Part shown: positions 37,145 through 50,599 of the stretch, piece after piece
How the letters are laid out: the number at the start of each line of letters is the position of its first letter
Position numbering within the stretch: the first letter of the stretch is position 1
Source of the DNA: Okamejei kenojei
Taxonomy: Eukaryota
NCBI GenBank assembly: GCA_035221665.1
Contig: CM069150.1
Span: forward strand, 36,146,001 to 36,210,000
Direction of reading: 5' to 3'
DNA: 64,000 nucleotides
Position numbers and translations under genes: made by a program
The notes under the pieces: generated by a model
Database searches by the model: none
What the model was told of the DNA's origin: nothing
What the model saw: the letters and a program-made list of their open reading frames with translations, nothing else

Positions 37145-38122
37145 ACAGCTATTTACAATATATATTAATGATTTGAACGAGGGAATTGAATGCAACATCT
37201 CCAAGTTTGCGGATGACACGAAGCTGGGGGCGCAGTGTTAGCTGTGAGGAGGATGCTAGGAGGCTGCAAGGTGACTTGGATAGGTTGGGTGAGTGGGCAA
37301 ATGAATGGCAGATGCAGTATCATGTGGAAAAATGTGAGGTTATACACTTTGGTGGCAAGAACAGGAAAGTAGACTATTATCTGAATGGTGGCCGATTAGG
37401 AAAAGGGGAGATGCAACGAGACCTGGGTGTCATGGTACACCAGTCATTGAAAGTAGGCATGCAGGTGCAGCAGGCAGTGAAGAAAGAGAATGGTATGTTA
37501 GCATTCATAGCAAAAGGATTCGAGTATAGGAGCAGGGAGGTTCTACTGCAGTTGTACAGGGCCTTGGTGAGACCACACCTGGAGTATTGCGTACAGTTTT
37601 GGTCTCCTAATCTGAGGAAAGACATTCTTGCCAGAGAAGGTTCGCCAGACTGATTCCTGGGATGGCAGGACTTTCATATGTAGAAAGACTGGATAGACTT
37701 GGCTTGTACTCCCTAGAATTTAGAAGATTGAGGGGGGATCTTATAGAAACTTACAAAATTCTTAAGGGTTTGGACAGGCTAGATGCAAGAAGATTGTTCC
37801 CGATGTTGGGGAAGTCCAGAACAAGGGGTCACAGTTTAAGGATAAGGGGGAAGTATTTTAGGACTGAGATGAGATTTTTTTTTTTTCACACAGAGAGTGG
37901 TGAATCTGGGGAATTCTCTGCCACAGAAATGTTGAGGCCAGTTCATTGGCTATATTTAAGAGGGAGTTAGATGTGGCCCTTGTGCTAAAGGGATCAGGGG
38001 GTATGGAGAGAAGGCAGGTACAGGATACTGAGTTGGATGATCAGCCATGATCATATTGAATGGCGGTGCAGGCTCGAAGGGCCGAATGGCCTACTCCTGC
38101 ACCTATTTTCTATGTTTCTATG
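37145..38122 (+). mobile_element. CR1/HER1 LINE 3' fragment
   Basis: ISKFADDTK, RRLQGDLDRLGEWA, RPHLEYCVQFWSP, RRLRGDLIETYKI; TTTCTATG tail. Confidence 0.93.
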
Positions 38123-38754
38123 TAAATTGGGACAAGTTGGAGGTTCCAATCACTGCAGATTTGTGCGTCCTTTTCGAACAACACAGGCATAATGTGACTG
38201 AATGGCCTCCAGCAAATCAGAAGGGTCAGGAATGGAAGGTAAGTAAAACACAAAGTGCTGGAGTACCTCAGCGGGTCAGGCAGCATCTCTTGAAGTCATG
38301 GACAAGGTGACATTGCGGGTTGGGATCTTTGTTCAGATTCAACAGTTTCTGCAGTTCTTGTGTCTCAGGGCTTTGGTGGGATGTGGACATTCTATATTGT
38401 TAGTGTAGCAGAGACATAAAGAGTTGTGGTAGCCCAAAGTATTTGAGAAGAGGCCCTAATCCATGGTGTAATCTGGTGATACATGCAGATAATATGGGTC
38501 TGTTAATGGTGGAACCTTTTGCATAGATTGCAGTTTCAGCCATAAAAGAGGTATGGGACTAAAGTAGGGTACGGTGGATGCTGAATCACTGAAGATGTGT
38601 GCCGCAGAAGCAGCTTAGGGGAAACAATAGCGTATAGGTTGAAATCCCGACTTCTGTCCAAGATCCATAAGCATGAAGTTAACGTCATAGGAAGTTTAAC
38701 ACAATGATGAAAGTATTAGGGAATGGTAGTGGCAAAAAAGGCATATTTGATGGA

Positions 38755-39070
38755 GGTGATATAGTGGTGCAGCTGGAGCATTGCTGCCTTACAGCACTAG
38801 AGACCCGAGTTCGATCTGATTGTCCGTACGGAGTTTGTACGTTCTTCCCGTGACCTGCGTGGGTTTTCTTCGAGATCTTCAGTTTCCTCCCACACTCCAA
38901 AGAAGTACAGGTTTGTAAGTTAATTGGCTTGGTATCATTGTAAATTGTCCCTAGTGTGTGTAGGATAATGTTAGTGTGCGGGGATCGCTGGTCGGTGCGG
39001 ACTCGGAGGGCTGAAGAGTCTGTATCTGCGATGTATCTCTATACTAAACTAAACTAAACCAAAGTAAACT
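38755..39070 (+). mobile_element. HE1-like V-SINE
   Basis: Head, V-domain and (CTAAA)n tail. Confidence 0.85.
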
Positions 39071-39524
39071 TAAAGAGAAAGAAAGAATAGGAGGTAAAGA
39101 ATTTCATTATTTTAGGAGACAGGGGCAGAAACCATAATGACAAATGATGAGTGAAAGGAAGGGGGTATACAGCAAAGATCTTCTGCTCTAAGACCTTTGG
39201 TGTACAGTAAGCTAGAGTCTGGAGACCGCAGAGGTTGTGAGATGCATAGATTGAGTGATTAAGAGAATGTGGTCAAAACATATAAATGCACGAAGGAGAA
39301 GTAGAGTTGTTGGGGGATTAGATGGCAAATTTGTTCAACAAATTCAGGAGCAATTGTTGGCCAATATATGAGGCACAGTACACGTTGGTTATGGCTGAGG
39401 TGAACTTTATACAGAATGTAGTTGAATGAATGGTCGAATTTACAGGAAGTCAATCAGGAAGTATCAAAGGTAGAATTATAAGTTTTGAACATTGAATTCC
39501 CTAATTTTAAGGAACTTTATCTTA

Positions 39525-40413
39525 AGGGCCTGTCCCACTTCGCGATTTATTTTGGCGACTGCAGAGCGTCAGTGACTGACGCCCCTAAAACCGCCAAGTT
39601 GCACGACATACATTTTTTTTAAAGAAGGAACTGCAGATACTGGAGAATCGAGGGTACACAAAAAGCTGAAGAAACTCAGCGGGTGCAGCAGCATCTAAGG
39701 AGCGAAGGAGATAGGCGACGTTTCGGGTCGAGATCCTTCTTCAGACTTACACGCTGACGTATGCTGTCAGGGTCAGGGTTGGGGTTGGGGTTAGGGACCA
39801 CAGATGGGCTGTAAAATATTCTTCCTTCAATGCATAGATTTTAAACACTAATATATTAGAATTAATACAATAAAATCAATTGTGCAAATGAAAAGATGTC
39901 TGAGTCGTTCAGTTTTATTTATAGATGTATTGGTCCGCTTCCAGATCAAATCTCCGTCTCTACAACTTTTCACAGGGATGGATTCAGTGAGAGTAGACTG
40001 AACTCCCCTCTCCACTCCTCCCTACTCCCGCCCCCATCCCTCCTTCTCCACTCGCCTCCTACCTTTCTCTTCCTCCCTTCTTCCCCCTTCTTCCTTCGCC
40101 CCTCTTCCTCCCTTCTGCCCGCTCCACTCTTCTCCCCCTTCTCCACTCCCCCCTAACCCTAACCCTAACGGGGCATCACCCACAAGGATAGCATGCGTCA
40201 GTGTGTGACAGGGCGCGCGACATGATGAGACACCTAAATGTCGCGCCTGGATTTTGAACATTCCAAAATCCTGGGGCGACAGGGAGACACCGCGCGTCAC
40301 CTACACGTCACCGCGCGTCACTATATGTGTCACCACGCGTCACGCCCCGACCACGAAGCGACAACCTCTTTCCAGGCTGTCGCCGAAAATGTCGCCAAAG
40401 TGGGTCAGGCCCT
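39525..40413. mobile_element. PIF/Harbinger-type MITE with nested pLTR (39621-39747)
   Basis: 16-bp TIRs AGGGCCTGTCCCACTT / AAGTGGGTCAGGCCCT (1 mismatch); TTA TSD at 39522-39524 / 40414-40416. Confidence 0.85.
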
Positions 40414-40863
40414 TTACACTCCCCTCCCCTCTCCCCTCCCTCCTTGGCCCCTTCCTCCACCCTATTTCCACTATTTTACCTGTTCCACAGTTCTCCATAT
40501 ATTTCACCTCCTCCCCGCCCCCCACCCATCACCCCCTACTTTCAGTTTGAAAAAGGGACCCAACCCGAAACATCACCCATCCTTTTCCTCCAGAGATACT
40601 GGCTGACCCGCTGAGTTACTCCGGCATTTTGTGTCTACCTTTGGTATAAATCAGCATCTGCAGTGCTTGTTGCTACAAGATGTGTTTCTGAAATTATTCA
40701 CCCCATTGGAAAGATAGGTCATCCAATGTTAGAATCCTCTCCCAGGACAACACTCCAGCAATGAGGCCCCAAACACATTTGATTAGTTCTATTCACAGAA
40801 AATGTTGCATCACATGCCTGACACCAGACTCCTTCAATATGTTCTCAATTTTGAGTTCTGTCT

Positions 40864-41176
40864 TTAGTTTAGTTTAGGTTAGTTTGGAGATACAGCGCAG
40901 AAACAGACCCTTCGGCCCACCGAGTCCACACCAACCAGCGATCCCCGCACATTAACACAACCCTATGCACACTAGGGACAACTTAAAAAAAAAACATTTA
41001 TACCAAGCCAATTAACCTACAAACCTGTACGTCTTTTGCAGTGTAGGAGGAAACCGAAGATCGCGGAGTAAACCCATGCAGGTCACATGAAAAACGTACA
41101 AATTCCGTGCAGACAAGCACCCGTAGTCAGGATGGAACCGGACTCTCTGGCACTGTAAGGCAGCAACTCTACCGCT
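40864..41176 (-). mobile_element. HE1-like V-SINE
   Basis: Near full-length match to the other copies. Confidence 0.85.
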
Positions 41177-42048
41177 AGGCCTCCGCTCCGTCGTCATGGG
41201 AAAAGATTACCTGCTAGATGGATGTGAAAATTCAATGACATTCTCAAAGCATTTTGAAAAATGCATCATCCGCACTGACTCCTCGCTCCATGCAAGTCCT
41301 GGCCTTTGACCGGTTAAAGTGGAGATGGATTATTTTGGATGGTGTTGTGAACCTCAAGTCTGTTGCAAACCCACAAAACTCCACCATGAACATCAGAAGG
41401 AGCGCACCACCCAGCCATCCATTCAGACACTCTTGTTCTAAAGAAAGACACAAAGTACAGGAGTAGCTCAGCGGGTCAGGCAGCATCTCTGGAGAAAAAG
41501 GATGGGTGGCGTTTGGGATTGGGAGTTTTCTTCTCCCCCACACACCAGCAGGCCGCAGCCATCGCTCCAGCCGAGTTCCAGGCTCAGCTCCTGTCCCAGA
41601 GCCTCCATGTTGCTGGCTCCAACACCATGTGGCCTGACTCTCCTGGGTCCTACTGCTCCCTCCCAGCTAACAGGCAACCTCGATAAAAGCTATGTGTTGG
41701 AGGGAACTGCAAATGCTGGTTTGCACCGAAGGCAGACACAAAATGCTGGAGTAACTCAGTGGGACAGGCAGCATCTCTGAATAGAAGGAATGGGTGACCT
41801 TTCGGGCCCAATCTTTGGTGTAAGCCAGTATCTGCAGTTCTTTGTTCCCAGTCTCGTTCCATCTGTGAACGAATCCCACATTGGTCGGTCACCTCACAAT
41901 CCACAAGACCTGAGCTCATCCAAGAAACCGAGACTTTTCAATAAGAGAACTCACAATTAAACCCAAAGTCTCGAGAAAGTATTGAAAACAGTGTTTGAAT
42001 CTTAACTGGATGATTTAAACACATTATGTTCCTGTATCTAAAGTTTTT

Positions 42049-42359
42049 TTAGCTTAGCTTAGAGATACAGCACGGAAACAGACCCTTCGGCCCACTGGGT
42101 CCGCACCGACCAGCGATCCCCGCACATTAACACAATCCTAGACACACACTCGGGACAATTTACTCTTATACCAAGTCAATTTATCTACAAACCTGTAAGT
42201 GTGGGAGGAAACTGAAAATCTCGGAGAAAACCCATGCAGGTCACAGGGAGAATGTATAAACTCCATACAGGCAGCACCCGTAGTCGGGATCGAACCCGGT
42301 TCTCCGGTGGTGCAAGCACTGCAAGGCAACAACTCTGCGGCAGCGCCACTGTGCTGCCC
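42049..42359 (-). mobile_element. HE1-like V-SINE
   Basis: B-box GGTTCGATCC, V-domain and tail. Confidence 0.85.
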
Positions 42360-42423
42360 TGACAGCTCTGAATCAAAAACTGTCCAAAGGGTTAAATAGA
42401 ACACATTTGCTGGTACATTACAG

Positions 42424-42690
42424 TACAGTTTATTGTCACGTGTGCCATGGTGCAGTGAAAAGCTTTTGTTGCGCGCTGACCAGTCAGCAGAAAGACAATA
42501 CGTGATTACAATCGCCATTTACAGTGTATAGATACATGATAAGGGAATAACATTTAGTGCAAGGTTAAGCCAGCAAAGTCCGATCAAGGATAGTCTGCGG
42601 GCCTCCAGCGAGGTAGATAGCAGTGCAGCACTGCTCTCTGGTTGTGATAGGATGATTCAATTGCCTGATAACTGATAACAGGTAAATTGG
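42424..42690 (-). mobile_element. Rex1-family 3' UTR fragment
   Basis: Reverse complement matches the 3' UTR downstream of the Rex1 ORF remnant at 50600-50965. Confidence 0.75.
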
Positions 42691-42815
42691 TGAGTAACCT
42701 TTTACGTGACTCTGGTTCTGTTATTGTCCTACTTTTTAGGTGTAAACAGGAAATAATAAGAAACAGAATCACAAAACAGCAAAGGTAACAGTGCAACATT
42801 TGGAAAGATATTAAG

Positions 42816-43155
42816 GGCAGCATGCTGGTGCAGCAGTAAAGCTGCTGCCTTACAGCGACAGTGCCCCAGGTCCCGGGTTTGATCCTGACTACGAGTGCTC
42901 GAATGAACGGAGTTTGTACGTTTCCCCCGTGACTTGCATGGGTTTTCTCTGAGATCTTTGGTTTCCTCCCACACTCCGAAGACATACAGGTTTGTAAGTT
43001 AATTGGTTTGGTATAAAAAAAAGTAAAATTGTCCCGTGTGTGTGTAGATAGTGTTAATGTGCGGGGATCACTAGTCAGTGCTGGCTCGGTGGGCCAAAGG
43101 GTCTGTTTCTGCATTGTATCTCTAAACTAAACGAAACTAAACTTAACTAAACTAA
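42816..43155 (+). mobile_element. HE1-like V-SINE
   Basis: Full length. Flanking AAAGGTAACAGTGCAA (42781) and AAAGTAACAGTGCAA (43154) look like a duplication. Confidence 0.85.
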
Positions 43156-43779
43156 AGTAACAGTGCAAAATATGGGAAGATATGGTAAACTCAAAAGCTA
43201 TCCTCATTACTTTTTTTCTTATCATTGGCAAATGTAATGTACAGAATAACATGTGTGTCGGGGTTGTCAGGGTATTTCATGTGTCAGAAGTTATGGGGAG
43301 TAGGCAGGTGAATGGGATTAGGAGGGAGAGCCATTGAAAGGCGGAGTAGACCTGACGGGCCAAATGGTCTAAGTTTGCTCCAATCACTTATGACTTTATA
43401 ACAGTAAAACAATAAGATCCTATTGATCCTGTTGGTGAACAGACTTCCGACTTTATTTTAGACTTTAGAGGTTTTGGTTACGGTAGAGTTTTTTTACAGT
43501 AAAGCAACAATGCAGAGAAACAGTAGACTTGAACATATGAATGTAAATCAAAGCCAGATTCTAAGGGTTGGAGACACATCGAACTTTAGATACTACAATC
43601 TTGAGCATAATGTGCTGAGGGAATCAATAGGTCAAATAGGATCTGGAGAGGGAAAATCTTTGTCCAGCTAATTGGTCCAGGAATAAAGCGGAGATTAGCT
43701 TCCTTTCCCTTCTAGTTCGAACTTTAAAATTTTAACCAGAGATAGAAACTACATTAAGGATATTTAAATGTTTAACCAT

Positions 43780-44100
43780 GGCATGGTGGCGCAGTGGCAG
43801 AGATGATGCCTCACAATGCTTGCAGCGCCAGAGACCCGGGTTCGATTCCGTCTAAGGGTGCTGTCTGTACGGAGTTTGTTCATTCTCCCCGTGACCACGT
43901 GGGTTTTCTCCGAGATCTTCAGTTTCCTCCCACACTCCAAAGATGTACAGGTATGCGGGTAAATTGGCTTGGTAAATGTAAAAAAATGTCCCTAGTGTGT
44001 GCAGGAGAGTGTTAATGTGCGTGGGTCGCTGGTCAGCACAGACTCGATGGGCCGAAGGGCCTGTTTCCGCACTGTATCTCTAAACTAAACTAAACTAAAC
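43780..44100 (+). mobile_element. HE1-like V-SINE with intact Pol III boxes
   Basis: A-box TGGCGCAGTGG at 43787-43797; B-box GGTTCGATTCC at 43839-43849; (CTAAA)n tail. Confidence 0.9.
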
Positions 44101-45675
44101 ATGGCCTACCCATTTCACGTAACTTGTAAGTAGAAAGAAAGTATTTGTTACAAAAACATATTTGTTACAACAAAAAATCTGATCAAAATGTAATGTCCTT
44201 GGAAACATTTTTCTCATAATGTAAAATTATCTCCACTTGGTATATCAATAAAAATACTAATGAGTGAATGCACCCTTTTGATAAACAGAGAAGGCTTTAA
44301 AGTACAATAGTAAGAATTGAATGTATATTTAATCTGCTTAAATGGCATCTTTTCACTTACCATAAAGCAGTTTAAAATCGTAATAAAGCATCCACTGTGG
44401 AGAGACAACAACTTTGTCATTTTATTGATTGTTTTGAAATAAATCTTTTTTAAACTGCTTCTTGGAATTGTGGAACAGTGTAACAACCTCATTATTTTTC
44501 TGTCTGGTGGGAACTTGCACTTTTTATTTTCATATCAAATAATGACATAGAAATGTTTTCTAAGATCAGTGGAATCTAAAATGCCCCAGTCTTCTGATGG
44601 AGGAGTAACTGGTCCCTGAGAACTGTAGCATTTTCTTTGTGTGGCCTTAATGGTTTTATTTATGGTGGATGCAGGAAGAATTCTTTGAAAGCCCAAATCA
44701 CTTGGACAAAGGAAGAAAATCAAATAACTCGGGAACTGAAAGCCTCCTTGCAGCAGTGGCTCCTTAGCGATTAATCACCCAAGCAACCATAAAAAGGAGA
44801 AAAAAAACTTCAATAACACTACTTGTAAACCTTTTTCAATGCTGAGAACGAGACATTACATTTACCACACAGTAACTCATGGAGTGCTGCAAACAAATGG
44901 CATAATACTGTACATCATCTCCCTAATTGTGAGACCTCTGCTGACATCATTTTTTAAAACTTATTTTGATATCTATTTTATGTAGATTATGAACCCATGT
45001 CATCTAATTAAGGTGTAGAACAACCAACTCGCATTTCAATATTCACCCCAGAATGTTTTGAACATTTTTGGAATATTTGTAAGGTCATTGAAACCATTAA
45101 GTACCCTGTGAAACTATTCTGATGGGCCCAGAGCACAGTCCGTTAACTGAATGCCAGCTGGAAGCCACAATGCAGCTTTAAACCAGAAGTGCTAAGATTT
45201 TTAAAAGGTGAAAATCAAGCGAAGGATTTATTCAAATTAATTTTTAAAGTTCAAAAGCACCTTTTCAGGAAACATTTATTTTCATTTTGTTGAGGCTCCA
45301 TTTCATTACTCAAATTATTCTGACAGTACTTGGGACTGGCCATGTTCATTTTTTAAGCCCTGAAAGCAAAATGCTGCAGATGATAGGATTCTGAAATAAA
45401 AATAGGAACGGTTGCTTGGGTCAGGCAGCATCTGAGAAGAGAGAGACACAGAGCTAATGTTTAGGCGATGATACATCAGTGAGCTAAAAGCAGTGATTTG
45501 TGAGCAATTTGTGAGGGAATGATGCAGTAAGAAAGGAAGTATTGCTGGAGGAACTCAGTGGGTCAGACAGCATCTGTGGAGGGAAATGGGCAGTTGGCCC
45601 TTCATCTAGACTCCAGACTTCATTCAGTTTAGATATTTGGCCTGAGTACAATCTACAACCAAAGATGACCCAAGA

Positions 45676-46037
45676 CGAATAGTGAAAGGCTTGGATAGAG
45701 TGGATGTAGACAGGATGCTTCCACTAGTGGGAGAGTCTAGAACCAGAGGTCATTGCCTCAGAATTAAAGGATGTTCTTTAGGACGAAGATGAGGAGGAAT
45801 TTCCTTAGTCAGAGGGTGATGATTCGGTGGAATTCTTTGCCACAAAAGGCTGTGGAGGCCAAGTCAATTAATATTTTTAAGGCAGAGATAGATTCTTGGT
45901 TAGTACGGGTGTCAGGGGTTATGGGGCGAAGGCAAGAGAATGCGGTTAAGAGGGAAAGATAGATCAGCCATGGTTAAATGACGGAGTAGACTTGATGGGC
46001 CGAATGGCCTAATTCTGCTCCTATCACATGACCTTAT
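45676..46037 (+). mobile_element. CR1 LINE 3' end
   Basis: GESRTRGH..., FLSQRV...WNSLPQKAVEA, followed by a 3' UTR. Confidence 0.85.
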
Positions 46038-46288
46038 ATTATTTTTTTTATATTTTAAGTAATCCTCCCAACTTGTGTATTCTCTCCCTCCTATCTCTCC
46101 TTCCTATCCTCCCCCAGACCTCACATTTTATGTCTCCTTTCACGGACCACCTCTCCAACTCCTACCTCTATCCCTCATTTTCACTCCTCTCCCATCTGTT
46201 TGCATGTCAGGCATGAACAGGAATCAAAAATGTGCTTCAGTTCAAGAACTATTGAATTGGACTACTAAAACAACTCTTTTTTGGATAT

Positions 46289-46551
46289 AGTTTAGTTTAG
46301 CGATGCAGTGTGGAAACAGGCCCTTTGGCCTACCGAGTCCATGCCAACCAGCAATCCTCAATACAATCGTCCTATCCTACACACCAGGGACAATTTTATA
46401 GTTTATGACTTTGGAATGTGGGAAGAAACCAGAAACCCTAGAAAAAGCCCATTGGGAGAACACAGAAACTCCGTACAGACAGGACCTGTGGTCAGGATTG
46501 AACCTGGGTCTCTGGCTGCTGTAAGGCAGCAACTCTACCGCTGTGCCACTG
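46289..46551 (-). mobile_element. HE1-like V-SINE
   Basis: Head and tail match. Confidence 0.8.
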
Positions 46552-48015
46552 TCCAGCACTAAATAATGTATTTATGTACATAATAAATGTTCTCATTTGT
46601 TTGTTTAATGACCAACAATGAAAAAAAGAATATGCCAGTGATAATCAACTTGCCTGAGGAAGGATGGAGAGATTGTTCAGGGTGAAAGTAGCTGTAAAAA
46701 TAGATTCGCTGGATTTGAAGAGGTAACATGAATGTTTTAACATAGGGAAAAAAAACCTCTGATAAACCTGTATGAAACCCAACAAAAATCTATTGAGTAT
46801 TATAATATTAAATGGACCCAGAATTTTAGCTGCCCGTTAACTCTTGAGTTTCAATGGCATTTGCAATTAAATTGGATAGCTATTGTCCCATCTTTCCTAT
46901 CTGGATCCTTTTAGTGCTTTTATAAACTAGGTGATTTATCGGAAACATCTAATGTAAGTAGGTTTATGATAGAAATTATTTTATATGTGAACTTCAAACA
47001 ACTTCACAATGTCAAGCACAGTTAATATTAGGTTAAAAGTTCCACCAATGTTCTGTTGGTATTAGGTTTCCAGACTAAACACGCAAGTGTATTTTGCGAC
47101 CGGTGCTAATATAGCAAATGTAAGTTCAGTGTAATAATTTATCATGTTATATTGTCTCAAGCTCTTTCAGCTGGGCAGAATGAAGATGCATTCTCAGCTG
47201 TTAAAGATGCATCTACATAGACAGGAGAAATAGATATGGGATTTTTACATGTGATTTCCTACAGTCATATCGCCTAGTAATGCTTGTGGAGAAACGTACA
47301 GCAGTAATAGTTGAGTGGAGAGATTTTCAAATACCTTTTGCAATTGTTGAATTATATGTCATGAATCAAAGCTTGGTGGAGAGGAAGAGTAAGAAAAAAT
47401 CTAAATGGTGACAATAAACAAAAGACAAAAAAATCTCAAGCAGGCCATTTGTCGAGTTGAAAATCCTAATGACCAGAAGCAACGACTTTTATAATGTGAT
47501 TTAGTTCATAAAATCTATCTCCATCGGATGTTTTAACTGTAACCCAGATTTCTGATGTATTAATTTTTAATATTTCCTCAGGTTTTGCACTATTGTGTGA
47601 GAGTAGCCACAGGGTGATGGACAATGGGAGCTTATTGTTGGAATTTGCTTTCATGCAATTTTTGTTCACTTCCAAGAAAAGAGCGGGAACAAATATTTAA
47701 TCTCAGAATCTTAATAAATCTGTTAATGATGCACAGAGTCTTGTGCATATATATAAACAGATGTGTTAAGAAATTATATTAAATTTGATATAAGCCTTTT
47801 AACACATCTGTGCTTATTTATTCCATCTCATAAAAGCAGATATGTTCACTCTGTTTATTAAGTTAAAATATCTGACCTTTGTATAGATCAGTTCAGGTGA
47901 ATTATGTCCACAGGTCTTTTGCAGCAGATATTATGCAAGGTTGATGCTGGTTGATCTGTCATTTTCACACCTCACCCTTCCATATATCTACACTCCCTCT
48001 CCCCTGACTCTCAGT

Positions 48016-48043
48016 CTGAAGAAGGGTCTCGACCCGAAACGTC
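48016..48043 (+). ncRNA. Minimal type I hammerhead-ribozyme motif in a Penelope pLTR (consensus-like copy; host repeat ~47955-48110)
   Basis: CUGAAGA (48016-22), helix II GGGUC/GACCC, GAAA (48036-39), short helix III, GUC triplet with predicted cleavage after 48043. Helix I is only ~2 bp, so activity is unproven. Confidence 0.6.
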
Positions 48044-48263
48044 ACCCATTCATTCTCTCCAGAGATGCTGCCCATCCTGCTGAGTTACTCCAGCATTTTG
48101 TGTCTATCCTCGATATTATTCCAGTAATTTGATGGTCCTATTGTCAATGTTATAGTCATTGAGAGAATAGTTACAGTTATAGTTATAGGTATAATTAATG
48201 TGGTAGTTATAGAGAGAAATCCAGTGCAATTTCAACTCGAACATTTTGGATTGAAGATAAGAT

Positions 48264-48507
48264 ACATAGAAACATAGAAACATAGAAAATAGGTGCAGGA
48301 GTAGGCCATTCGGCCCTTCGAGCCTGCACCGCCATTCAATAAGATCATGGCTGATCATCGAACTCAGTATCCCGTACCTGCCTTCTCTCCATACCCCCTG
48401 ATCCCCTTAGCAACAAGGGCCACATCCAACTCACTCTTAAATATAGCCAATGGACTGGCCTCAACTACCTTCTGTGGCAGAGAATTCCAGAGATTCACCA
48501 CTCTCTG
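48264..48507 (-). mobile_element. CR1/HER1 LINE 3' end
   Basis: ORF 48364..48588 contains QRVVNLWNSLPQKVVEA...GYGEKAGTGY; (CATAGAAA)n tail. Confidence 0.9.
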
Positions 48508-49525
48508 GTCCCTACTTGTACTAGATCTGCCAGAATGAAAGTTTGATGGCAGGAGGCATGAATAAATGCCGAAGAAAGTAGAAGGCAAGATTTGGAGCTA
48601 ATGCATAGAAGTCACAATCAAATCGAAATAATGGAAGGTAGGAAAATTGGAAGCAGAATGCAATACTCTACTTATACTGCTGTCCTCCTATGCAAAATAT
48701 TCAATTTCTACTGAAATTCCCAAAACTGGAAAAGGGTGTTTCAATATTAGAAAGCCACCTAGTTTTATTTCATCTTGGTAATAATCAAGGGGATATGCTT
48801 TTTTTCTACCAAAGTGCTTAAAATTGTTAAGTACATTACCAAACATCTGTAGATATTTTACAAGATAAGTAAGTAAATGGCGATCATTGAGGCTTTTTTA
48901 ATTCACATTATACTGTATGCGCTTAACTGACCTGTGCAATGCTTCAGTGATTTCTACCATGGACTGGCTCCAACTGCTCATCCAAGCATCCTCTTGGGCC
49001 AGCAATAACTGTGACTAGCTTCAATTAGGTTTGCAAAGATAACTAATTTCAAAGATTCTTCTGGTGCCGACTTTTTCCTGATGTATTTGGTTATCACAAG
49101 ATTGTAAGTCAGCACAAAACGAAACAAGATAACAGGAACATTGAACATTTTTTTGTTGTTGCATACATCAAAATATTACATAGCATATATTTCCCTCAAA
49201 TTATTACAACATGACGTAGAAATATCTGAGAATTTGAGCAACTTATAGTAAATAAGCCAACAAATCTTATGTTGATGTAGTGACAGAGAGCCGCAGTCTG
49301 GTTTATTATTTTCTTGCTTTATTTTTGGTGGCATGTTGGTAATCTTTGTCTGAAACTGCTGTTTTTTGACAGTGATTTGTAGTTCCTTGTAGCTACAATG
49401 ATACAAGCCATTTTAATGTGTTTTCTTCTACAGTTCACTTTATCTGCAGAAGGTCAGATTCCCCTTGAACTAGAGGCAATGAAAGAGGAAGCTGGTGACC
49501 AGTTTCCAAGCACTTTTTTGTGCTT

Positions 49526-49737
49526 GTGTAGGAAGGAACTGGCGATGCTGGTTTAAACCGAAGATAGACGCAAATAGCTGGAGTAACGCAGCGGGACAGA
49601 TGGACAGAAGGAGTGGTTGACGTTTCGGGTCGAGACCCTTGTGTGATGAAGGGTCTCGACCCGGAACGTCACCCATTCCTTCTCTCCAGAGATGCTGCCT
49701 GTCCCGCTGAGTTACTCCAGCTTTTTGTGTCTAACTT
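49526..49737. mobile_element. Inverted pLTR pair
   Basis: Flanking duplication TTTGTGCTTG; head-to-head copies meet at GACCCT-TGTGTGATGA-AGGGTC. Confidence 0.8.
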
Positions 49738-50599
49738 CTTTGTGCTTGCTGGGAAGAAAGCCATACACAAATAATAGATGGCAACGGCTATTGAGAAATA
49801 TCTCTTTACAGCATTGCCAACAAGGGTCTTGTTCAAAGTCTCAAAATCCTTGCTGTCAGTGTCCATTTTGACATACAGGTTGATCGCAGGACATGCATCT
49901 GTTGTGAGAAAATGTCACAGACAATAGACAACCTTCTAAGCACAGTTTGTTAACTTTTATCTGAGTGGCTAAAACAACTTCTGCAGCATCCTGGCTGTCC
50001 ACAAAGGGAGTTTCTCCTAGCCTAGAGCTTCCTTGAGGAAATAGAAGAAATGAGATGAGTTGAGCCTCACAGGCGAGAGACCTGGACTTAATCCTGTCCT
50101 CGGGTGCTATCTGTGTGGCGTTTCATCTTGGTGTTCCAGTTCCCTCCCACATCCCACAGACATGAGGGTTCCTAGGTTAATTAGCTTCTGTAAATTGCCC
50201 CTAGTGTGTAGGATGTGGATCAGAAGATGGGATAACATAGAACTAGAGTGAATGGGTGATCGATGGTTGGCACGGACTCAATGGGCTAAAAGAGACATGC
50301 TGTATCTCTAAACTGAACAAATTCGTATGAGGCGAGGCTGTGTCTTATCATCCAGAGCTTTAGCATATTTTTCTCATAGAAACGTTTTGCAATGATGAGT
50401 TTGGATTACTGATTGATTCAATGATGAGCTTTTTCAAAAGCAGGTGATTTCAGAGCAACCATTCAAGCATCTCTTCAAAACTATGGTGGCGTTGCTCATC
50501 TGAGAAAAGGGCATTTCTAAAACTCTGGGGCAGAGGATACAGGTACTGGAGAACAGGGGCAGGATGGCCATCTTGAAAATCTTGAAAATATACGTTCAT

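Noticed and set aside
38350-39480. Very old L2-like LINE remnant around the SINE
   Set aside because: Purine-rich composition is suggestive, but I could not recover diagnostic motifs
40151-40168. True telomere or chromosome-fusion site
   Set aside because: Only three perfect units, located inside a MITE
41210-41438. Minus-strand exon with AG/GT boundaries
   Set aside because: Stops in all three frames, and the acceptor is supplied by an adjacent repeat; a non-coding exon cannot be excluded
43780-43855. tRNA gene
   Set aside because: The A/B boxes belong to the tRNA-derived head of HE1 SINEs; there is no cloverleaf and the sequence continues into the SINE body
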